A stretch of DNA of 63,563 bases, counting the filler, from Rhabdomonas costata (taxonomy: Eukaryota): assembly GCA_019059605.1 (NCBI GenBank). It is 25 parts of 25 records of this genome, joined end to end, with 100 filler letters (N's around TTAATTAATTAA, not from the genome) between each part and the next. Parts side by side here need not be neighbours in the genome. Positions count along the whole stretch, not along the records: positions 1 to 2,449 come from JAHMHO010003360.1; positions 2,550 to 4,998 come from JAHMHO010003361.1; positions 5,099 to 7,547 come from JAHMHO010003362.1; positions 7,648 to 10,095 come from JAHMHO010003363.1; 21 more parts are not named here. One strand, given 5' to 3'. The notes under the pieces are model-generated. The model saw only the letters and a list, made by a program, of their open reading frames with translations. It was not told the origin of the DNA and searched no databases. The position numbers were made by a program, and so were the translations under genes. Below, piece by piece: positions 1 to 9,206 of the stretch (position 1 is its first letter; every line of letters begins with the position of its first letter).

Positions 1-816
1 GTGGTGTGGGGGCTCTATTTCTAACTTCCCTCTCCTCAGTGCAGCACATCTCGTAGTTAAACCTGAGGAGAGGGAAGTTAGAAATAGAGCCCCCAATCCA
101 GGGTAACCGAGTAGCGTTGCAAATATACTCACTCGTTCAAAAAGTGTGGTGAAGCGAAATCTCGACTATGCCGTTTAATGACGGCTGGTAAATATGTCGG
201 TGGAGTTTCGAAAGCAGACAGAAACTCCTGTTAATGCCGTCGTCTCCTACGAGGCGGAGCGATACTCACACGAAACACCAGACACAAGGATCGAGGAGGT
301 AATGCGCCTGGGGGAAAAGAAGCATGAGGAAATACGAGGGTCGGCTCTGCATTATCTCTGTTGTCTCATCTAGCTGACTCTTGTGAGGCTCCGGAGGGCG
401 CCCAGGCTCGCCGGCTTGGCTCTGCACAATCTGGTCCACCATCGCCGCCATCTGCGCCACATACGCACGAGCACAAATACAAGTGAAAGCACAAAGTGAT
501 CCACAAGGCTCTACTTGTTTCTCAGTACCTTCGCTCCTTTACATGTCCTAGTTGCGGCCAAAAAAATGCGTGAAAACCAGGCAGCGAGTTCTTCTCTGGG
601 TCTTTGCCCACCACACCAACCCTTCTCTTTCCAAATCAATACTTGCGCACACATAGAAAAGACACGGCCAGCAGGATCGCACCGAAAAGTGCTCACGGCG
701 CAAAACAACAAAAACGCACGATTCACGATTGCCTATTTCAACCAGGAACACTCATTGCATTGAGCTAATGCGCAGGGCAGGATCACAACGGGGAAGTAGG
801 GGGAGGGAGCGCAGAC

Positions 817-2184
817 CTGCTCCGCCTGCTTGAACTGCAGCTTGATGTCCTTGTCGGAGGGCTCCAGTTGCATGGCACGGCGAAGGCACTCCAGCGCCTG
901 ACAGTCAAAAGAGGGGGGGGGGCAGTCCGCCACGCAACGCCATTTATTTCTATTCCATTCAGAATGAGATGAACGGTAAAGGCAAAGCCAGAATAGCCCG
1001 AGGGGTCTTTCCGAAACGCAGCATGGGCAGTCGTGGCTTTACCGGCCGTTCCGTGCGGCTCCCTTATCGACTTCTTTTTTTCAATCTGGCTCCTGGCCGC
1101 CCACAACCCAAAAAAAATTCACTTTGATTTCAGGATGTGGGGATGTGGAAGGGTAGCACCTGGTGAGCCCGCTGCAGGCCGATGAGTGCCACTCCCTTCC
1201 GGTACCAGCCCTTCGCCCAATCTGAGATTGGAGGAAGACCCAACGAAAATGAGATAGCCGATCCAGGCAACAACTTCAACAACATTGTGATTGACTAACG
1301 TTTGCTTTCTTCAGATTGGAAAATTAAAAATCTGCGGGCAGAACCAGCACGCCAATTCCGAGCGCAGTATTATTTTGCGGTAAATAAAATGCAATTTGCG
1401 AGCAATATCAAGTGCATGGGAAAATGAGGGGGGTGGGGGGCGCTACCTGGCTTCAAGGCAATTACACGCTCTGCATCCGCCATCGCTTCAGGGTACTTCT
1501 TCAGCTTCAGGTACGCCAACGCTCGGTTGCTGAGCAGCTTCTCATCCTAAGTCCCCCACACAGCCGAACTTTTCTTTTTATAAAAAATGGGTTTACGACG
1601 AAGCGGGGGCCTTCCCCTGCGGCGTATTAAAACACCAATTTATCCTCACACTTACACGGCTTCTGATGCACGATTTAGAACCAGGGGCTGAAACACGCCG
1701 TTAGCTGCATTAGCTAAACATGATAGTGACAAAAAAGAACAAGAAGATTCAAGCGAAAGAAGGGCTGCAACACCACTGGCTGCGGAGAACGGTAATTTAG
1801 CACACATATCTCGACAAGCGTCCGCACAGACCAGAGAACTGCAATGTTTCAAAGGCCACAGAGGAAGGTAACAATTAAAAATTTTTTTGGAAGTAAGCAC
1901 GAGCACACCAACAAGCACACGTCAAGGCCACCCTCTCTTCCTTCCATGTGCCTGTTTCGCAATTTGACTGTGATCTGGGGGTACTTTTCATAGCACATGA
2001 CTTGGTGTGTTGTGTAGCTGCGGCTCCAGCGGTGGTAAGCGTCGTTTGTGGACCCACCAGAGGAGCGGTGACCAGCGCCTCGCTGTACTGGGAGATGGCG
2101 TCCTGGAACTGCCCCGAGGCAAAGCAGCGGTTTCCCTTGTCTCGCATCACCTCCTGGGCCTGCCGGATTAGCTCCGGGGACAGG
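817..2184 (-). CDS. TPR-repeat co-chaperone-like protein (partial, multi-exon)
   Basis: Phase-compatible GT-AG exons 2184-2058, 1546-1447, 1221-1160 and 897-817 give RDKGNRCFASGQFQDAISQYSEAL / LLSNRALAYLKLKKYPEAMADAERVIALKP / DWAKGWYRKGVAL / ALECLRRAMQLEPSD, a classic three-TPR carboxylate-clamp pattern. A further exon probably starts at 451. Confidence 0.9.
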
Positions 2185-2449
2185 CTGCGGTGATTGCGCA
2201 CGACAAAGTGAGAATTTACCTCGATTTGCCCATCTCCAAAGGAAGTCCATCCTCGTCCAAAACCCCAAACACACATGCATTCGGCGCCAAGAAACCCCCC
2301 TTTTAAAGTTGACAAGCAGTGCAAGGGTCTGGTCATGGAGACAGAAAATTTACAAGTTAGGAGCTGATGAGACCTTTCAGATACAGACCTACCGAGTTTG
2401 TCATGGGGAGCAAACGGGGGCTAAGTGGGCTAACGGTGCGCAAACCACA

Positions 2450-2549
2450 NNNNNNNNNNNNNNNNNNNNNNNNNNNNNNNNNNNNNNNNNNNNTTAATTA
2501 ATTAANNNNNNNNNNNNNNNNNNNNNNNNNNNNNNNNNNNNNNNNNNNN
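2450..2549. other. Artificial contig-joining linker (N44-TTAATTAATTAA-N44); first of 24 such linkers spaced about 2.55 kb apart
   Basis: Identical 100-nt N-padded spacer with stops in all six frames recurs throughout. Intervening contigs are about 2445-2449 nt and roughly decrease in length. Confidence 0.99.
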
Positions 2550-3516
2550 GGTGTTGGGGCGTCATTGTTGACACACGGTCGACGATTTCATAGCCTTTTT
2601 CACTGACGTGGAACGCATTACCCCCCGTTCCGGAAAATCACATCTTGCAAATACTGGCGCAGCTCACCTAACCTGTGTGCTGGGAAACCCATCTTCGCAA
2701 AAGAAAAATCTTCTTTAAAGGCGTTGAGAGTTTAATAGCGTTTCAGCAGCGCTAAACGTCCTTTCTTTTAGATTTTTGTGTGACCTTCCTCGTGGTACGG
2801 AACCTCCGGCTCATTCGTCCTTCTTCCACGCAGCGGACGCGGACTGGTCTCCGCCCCTAAAGTAATGCTGTCCCAGTCGATCGGCAAAGTCCCCAGACGT
2901 TTAACAGGGGCAACTTCATGCGGGCACCGAAATGGGCACCAGAATGATTTAATTAGCTGCCCTAATTGCACTTACCTTATTTTCGGGGCCTTTTGACGCC
3001 ATACGGTGCCTGGAGATGGCGTTTTTTTCCCGCCCTCTCTCTCTTTCACTTTTAGCTCCTGTGCAACTTTAGCCAAGCAACAACGACGAGATAGAAGCCA
3101 GAACCACAAAAGAACAGTGCAGGTGAAGCGAGAAGGATCCATAAAGTCCTCTACACATCACGTAGACCTTGTTCCAGTTCTGGAAAACTTTTGACGTTTT
3201 CTCATTCCTTGAGTGTTTGTTTTCACCGATGGGAAGGAAGCCAAAACCACAGCTCCAAGGATAGGCTCACCTTTTTTATTTTTCACGAAAAGTGGCGTTT
3301 CCCCGCGGGAACACAAAGGCATTTTGTGTACTATTCACGATTTTCGCGATTTTGTTTTGTGGGATGCAATCTTGATCTTGGCATCGGGCTTGGTTTTCGG
3401 GTTTCCGGGATTCCTTGCACAGTATTACCCGGATTTGGTTTCCATCGTTTGCCCAAAATTGTCGTGGACTGAGGGTTTGTCTTTTGGACCTCGGGTCTTT
3501 CTCTCTCACGTCGCAG

Positions 3517-4620
3517 GGGCAAGTCATGCTTCGGATCAATCACCCCCCAAATGCCAATGGTGCCAGAGTGTCTGCTCCCTCGGGGGTGACGATCTCTTTT
3601 CAGCTTCCCCACAACGACAGCGATGGGGACGTTTTGTACTGTGTTATCGAAACCCTTCCTTCTCAAGGTGTGAGGGCGAGAGGGGGGAGACTTTTTCTGA
3701 CTGGGAAGCATTTCGCGCTCCATGCAGGGTGCAGCTGTCGGACGGATCGTTTTCCCGTCGAGCCCAGCAGAAGGTGCTGAGGCAAAATGAGTTGTAAACG
3801 ACAGCCGCAGTTGTCCGCCTCTCAGAAAACGCAATTTGATTGCGCTGAAGCAGTTATGGACATTGCCATTTGTGTGTTGCAGCAGAGGGGCATGCTTGCT
3901 CACGTTTCATAGAAAGGGGAGTGTCTCTCAGCCTCATATCAGATTTCATAATTGACATTTTCCCCTTTGCAGGCATGCTGTACCAGGCAGGCCAGCGATT
4001 AGAACTATAAGCGCCCAAATGTTCTGCCGTGTGCCGCGGTGGTCAGCAGCATTTCCCCAAGCTATACCCTGCTATGCTATGCTATGCTATGCTATGCTAT
4101 GCTATGCTATGCTATGCTATGCTATGCTATGCTATGCTATGCTATGCTATGCTAAGCTCGTTTCGCACGCTTTCAAACGCACTAAGGGTTTTCAAAAGTT
4201 CTGCCGTGTGCCGCGGTGGTCGCCAACATTCGCATAGCTACACGCCGCTCTGCTCGTCCAACACGTGTTAAAGAAGCCGTTGCTTGCCAAGTGTTTTGTC
4301 CTTTCATTGCAGGCACCCTGTTCCAGGCCGATGGCACCCGGGTCACCAGCCCTGGGACTCCGGTCGTCAACCCAGGCTGCGAGGTGATGTTCCAGAGCAC
4401 TGGGTATGGGTGGGGGCCGGAGTACGCCTCCTTCCAGTACGCTGTGCTTGAGCGAGCTGTGCACCAGGCCAACATGAGCTACCCTGCGGCTATTGGCACT
4501 GTTACTGTTGACGTCACCTATGCGAACTCCCTCCCCGTCCTTAGGACTGCTCCCAACGCGACGCTACTGGAGGACTCGCCGGGTGTTCCCATCCGCTTTA
4601 ACGCGAATGATCCGAACGGG
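3517..4620 (+). CDS. Surface protein with tandem cadherin-like/bacterial Ig-like repeats (partial)
   Basis: Exons 3517-3667 and 4313-4620 join in phase 1: INHPPNA...HNDSDGDVLYCVIETLPSQ|GTLFQADG...YASFQYAV...VTVDVTYANSLP...LLEDSPGVPIRFNANDPNG. The NxxP, ED, DxDGD and P-x-x-G-T-L motifs match Big_9/tandem-95-type repeats. Confidence 0.7.
4071..4154. repeat. (GCTAT)16+ pentanucleotide microsatellite inside an intron
   Basis: Directly visible perfect tandem repeat. Confidence 0.98.
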
Positions 4621-5167
4621 GTCTGTTGAACTGCATACGTGAATATTTTAATCTGTTTTCATTTAGTTGTGTCCATGTTTATCTGTGCTTGTCACTTTGT
4701 GTTGAGTGAAAATGCCAAAAACAAATACCTTGTGCCTCATCAGAGGAAGCTATATTATATTAGGGATTACTTTACTATTTTGCCCAAAGGGTATAGGCAA
4801 GTTCGCCCCTCCTGTTTTAAGTCTCCCTAACCCTCTGCGAGGCTAAATAATATCCAAAAGGGCACGGACACAACTCAGTCACTGGAAGTAGCCGTCCCGG
4901 AAACACTCACAGAGGGATACGAAAGGGTCAGCAGAGCCAGGAGACCACCAGAAACCGCAGACACTCCTTCGACAGTTATTGTCAGAGCACCCAAAACCNN
5001 NNNNNNNNNNNNNNNNNNNNNNNNNNNNNNNNNNNNNNNNNNTTAATTAATTAANNNNNNNNNNNNNNNNNNNNNNNNNNNNNNNNNNNNNNNNNNNNGG
5101 GGGTTGGTCACTGATGTACCTCCCTTTCGGCATCGTCATTAAATGTGGGCTCATTGGTGGGAAAGTT

Positions 5168-7293
5168 ATGACGAGGATATGGAAGGCGGGGGTCGAGAGT
5201 TGGAACTGGAGGGCGCGGACCCGGCCAACGACTACCTCCTTCTGGAAGTCCTGGACGGCGAGGAGGGCAGCGGCTCCGTGGTGTTCCGAGGTTTCTTCCA
5301 ACTTATAAAGCAAACCCGAGGCCACAAAGCCATCTTTTTCTGAGAATCCCTTGACGGGCTTTTGACGGGATTCGAGACGCTGGTGTTGCTAGGAATTCAG
5401 GCACGTCAGTCACCCTCGGGCATTGACTCCATTTCGCTTCACCTTTTCTCTACCCTCTCCCCTCCTCGTTTCCTCCTTCGAAGTCAGTCAGTTGCTCATC
5501 TTAAATCTACTTAAACGTAAACTCACACTCTCACACACTCTCGTTCGTCGCAGCGCAATCGAAGGAGCAGTCCTCGGTGAACCTGGCAATCAAGGTGCTG
5601 GAGTTCGGGGAGAACGCCGAGCAGGCCTTTGCCGCGCTGAACTCTGAGCTAATCGCGCTGATCCAACTGGGCGCGAAGAACCCCCACGTCCTAAAATGCC
5701 TTACCGCCCATGTCCGGGGTCTCACTTCCCACCTCTCGTCTTTCTCCGTTAACAGAAGGGAACGGTTGGTCACTGATGTACCTCCCTTTCGGCATCGTCA
5801 TTAAATGTGGGCTCATTGGTGGGAAAGTTTCTGCGTTCTCACCCCTGTTTGTGCTTCTTCGTGGGTGTGCAGCATCATTTTGCGTGCTGCTGGCCCACAC
5901 GAAGATGAACAGCAGATTCTGTACCCCACGTCTATGCACGCTTTGGGTGAAGCGAGGAGAGCTCAACTCACTCTAGGCATTGCCCTATGAACAATCCTGA
6001 CGCTCTTACTCTTCACACTCACGCCCTCTCTCTCTCTCTCTCATCTCAGACAGTTCGCTGTGGATCGTCAACGAGTACTGTGAGGGCGGTTCCGCACTTG
6101 ACGCCGCGGCTGTGCTGCGGGGGCTGACCGAGCCCGAGGTGCGGGCATTGGTTTGCGGTGCCGTGCAGGCTCTGGCCTCTCTGAACGAGCAGAAGCTGCT
6201 GCACGGCAACCTCAAAGCCTCCAACTTGCTTATCTCCGAGGAGGGCTCCGTGAAGGTGGCGGACTTCGGGCAGCTGGTGTGTGGCCTGTGCGCTCTTGGG
6301 CACGCATTTAAGGATGCGTATATGAACGCGTCTTGCATGAGGTGCTGCTGAGTGCACTCCTCCCCCTCAGGTTCAGCTATTGCTTATTTTCCTGTCCCTC
6401 TCTTTGGGTTTTGTTTTTGTGCCGGAATTCGGACCCTTGAGTGGCTTGGCTAGTCTTACCTTTTTAAGTGAATTAGGGTTAGGGTTAGGGTTAGGTCAAC
6501 CCTAACGCCTAACCCTAACCCCTATGCAGCCCGTTGCTCTTCTTCACGCTGGGTTCTTCACGTTCTGATTCCATGTTCTCGGGGGCTCGAAGGCTGCACT
6601 CCCTTTTAGCGCTTGCAGTTCCCTTTTATCTTATCTTTTTTTTCGATCACACCATTATCAGAAAGAAATCCACTTTTGGCGTGTTTGTTAATCTGGGCTG
6701 GTGCGGATGTTGCCCTCACTGGAGGTGCTGGGCGCAACACTCCCGCAGGGTCAGCTAAAGAACACCACGGCGTGGCTCTCCCCTGAGGCTGTCGATGACA
6801 AGGGCAAGCTCACTGATCGCAGCGATGTCTGGAGCCTCGGGATCACCTGCTTCGAGCTGGCGGAGTTCACCACCCCCTACGAGGGGCTGTCCCCAGAGGT
6901 CACTCACTCTCTCACCCTTGCCGCTCCTGTCAGTCTTTCACACCATGCAATAAAAAACCCAAGCCCCATGGCATCTGCGTTGCGCACAGCGTTAGAGTAC
7001 TGCTTAGGTGAAAGTTACCTCTCCATCCCATGACTGACCACCCACCCACCCACATACACGCACATAGCGACACAAGCCCACAGCAGCAGCTTCTGCTGCA
7101 ACGGTGACCTCTGTTAAAATGTCAACAGAGACCTTCACCAACAGTTTTACACTTTGGGAAGTCCCGGGTCACCGTGTCGCAGGAGTGTGCAGAGCAGATT
7201 ATCAGTGGCCCCATCCCCACGCTGCCCCACAAGGACAAGGCGAGGACCTGGAGCAAGGCGTTCAAGGACTTCGTCGCCAGATGCCTTACTCGG
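5168..7293 (+). CDS. STE20/GCK-family kinase-like protein, probable pseudokinase (partial, multi-exon)
   Basis: Exons give DPANDYLLLEVL..GSGSVVFR, LAIKVL, LWIVNEYCEGGS, HGNLKASNLL, VKVADFG, WLSPE, SDVWSLGITCFELAE..PY and WSKAFKDFVARCL. These are STE20-like subdomains I-XI. Confidence 0.88.
6473..6521. repeat. Short interstitial telomere-type repeat, (TTAGGG)n facing (CCCTAA)n
   Basis: TTAGGGTTAGGGTTAGGGTTAGG-TCAA-CCCTAACGCCTAACCCTAACCC inside a kinase intron. Confidence 0.9.
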
Positions 7294-7647
7294 GGTGTCT
7301 TTTGCTCTTCTATTCTCCCCCACACTTTCTTTCACTTCCATGCGCAGGGCACGAATTTCCGAAAGAACAAGTCTGTGAGGCGGAAGTGTAAAGGCTCTCG
7401 TAAGTCCCCAAGAGGAAACTACACTCACGTTCTCGCCTCGCTGATTCTCACACACCTTGTGGTTGGCCATCGCCAGATTTGTGGGAAAGAATGAGGGTTA
7501 GGGTTTGAAGAATATAAATACTGCGAGGCCACCCCTTCTCGCACCCANNNNNNNNNNNNNNNNNNNNNNNNNNNNNNNNNNNNNNNNNNNNTTAATTAAT
7601 TAANNNNNNNNNNNNNNNNNNNNNNNNNNNNNNNNNNNNNNNNNNNN

Positions 7648-8065
7648 GTTTTGGCAGTAGAAGCCGTGTGGCTGAAGTCGCCATGTAATAGGCCGACAGC
7701 ACGCCTAGAACGGGGTGTGTCAGAGAAATCATGTTAGGAGTTACCCACGATGAAAGCTTTCCGATGCCCAACTTGTGCACACAAGTTGATGCCACAGGGT
7801 ACCCGAGAAACAGCATAAAGGGGTCAGTCATGCGATACTTAGTCGGCAAGCGCAATACTGCAGACGGGGGTGCCGAGGGGAGCTGCACCGCTCTTCGGAT
7901 AAACTCAAGCACCAAAAGCGACGGACTGAGATGGACAAAATAGAAGTACAGCGCGCACGTGGCCACCACGACAGCCCAGATAAACCTGGGTGACTCCCCT
8001 GGGGAGCCTTCAGTGGAAGCGGTGACCTTTGCGGAGGAACCGCAAAGCGAATTCTTTGCTTCCAT
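7648..8065 (-). CDS. CDP-alcohol phosphotransferase family protein, ceramide-phosphoethanolamine-synthase-like N-terminal half (3' truncated)
   Basis: ATG at 8065 lies 10 nt after an AG. The protein has an N-terminal TM helix, then PTKYRMTDPFMLFLGYPVA...SWVTPNMISLTHPVLG. The TPNxIS motif precedes the catalytic DxxDG motif in this family; that motif itself lies beyond the contig end. Confidence 0.65.
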
Positions 8066-8531
8066 TGAAAAGGCACTGGATGTGCGGCAAAAGCTGCAGG
8101 AAAAGCATTGACAGGTGAAAGAACAACAAAACAGCCATTCGGGCGGAACTATTTTCGTCAAGCGCGTGAAAATGGGTCACAAAATTCGAGATTCGAGGCA
8201 ATTTATCTTGCTTTTCATACTCAGATCGGGTCCTGCACCCCCTGAGGGACAGCCATACCACCCAAAATCTACGGCGCTCCGTGGCCCCGGAGCAACCCCT
8301 TGATCGACCTCCTGAAGTCTTGAAGCAAAACAACAGCCCAAATTCTTCCGGTGCGGGGGGGGGTCTTGTCTCAAGAAGGTCAGCCACGACCGCTGTAATG
8401 AGGGAAACAAGTGTACTCCCACGCAATCCAAAGTGCAGCAACAGACATTGTGCCACAAAACCAGGAGCACTGTGCGGTTCCAACTCTGCAGCGCAGGACA
8501 ACCCAGCACAGGGTGCTGACATAATTCGCCA

Positions 8532-9206
8532 TCACAGCGGACACTTTCCCTTCTTACCACTGTCCTGGTTGGGATCCTTGTAGCCCCACTTGATCAGCAG
8601 ATCGTCATGCCAGACCCGGAGCCGAAACAGAGCCTCATTCATCCACCAGTACTTCTTGTATTCCGGGATCCAAATAAATATCAGCAGCGGGACGGTGATG
8701 AAAGTCGGCCAGTGCCTCTAAAAGAGCACAAACTTCGGAGGTGAGACCGGCGCAAACAACATACAATGGCTTTTCCTTTTTTCAACAAGCACGATCTCAC
8801 ACACTGGGCACTGCCGAAGAGCCCGGGCACCACTGCACCCCCCTCCCCAACCGAAACCTGGGCCAACTCTCGCACAATCGAGCACATATGGCGAGAACAA
8901 ACGAACATAAGGAGACAACATCATCTCACATCTCACTGAACACAGAAAAGTTGGGTTGGACGCTCCGCCTCAGCTTCAAATGGTTTCTGGTCGTCTCTAA
9001 TTTCAGATATGACCATGGTGTGAGGTCTGAAGCTTGGGAGCCAGATTCAGAGCCATAATGAGGCGCTTGGCTGAGGATGCCCGGTTTGAAAACAGTGTAT
9101 GGTGGTGCACCTTGAAAAACCCCACAGGTGGCGGGGGCTTCACAGGCGGAGAGCTTCCGTTTTTTGGAGGGGAGGAAGAAGAACTCGGCGGCTTCTCCGA
9201 CGTCAT
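8532..9206 (-). CDS. Hypothetical 93-aa single-pass membrane protein, complete two-exon gene
   Basis: Exon 1 is 9206-9111 (32 codons, AAG|gtgcac) and exon 2 is 8717-8532 (ttttag|AGG...TGA). They join in phase 0: MTSEKPPSSSSSPPKNGSSPPVKPPPPVGFFK|RHWPTFITVPLLIFIWIPEYKKYWWMNEALFRLRVWHDDLLIKWGYKDPNQDSGKKGKCPL*. Confidence 0.65.

Noticed and set aside
2494..2505. Regularly spaced TTAATTAATTAA as a CRISPR-like or biological repeat
   Set aside because: It is always embedded in N runs and is a synthetic six-frame-stop linker.
4019..4271. ORFs with (CYAML)n repeats
   Set aside because: They are translations of an intronic GCTAT microsatellite.
6277..6724. Euglenid non-conventional intron in the kinase (CTGG repeated at both borders)
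   Set aside because: A GT...AG solution in the correct phase exists, and no convincing end-pairing CAG/CTG signature was seen.
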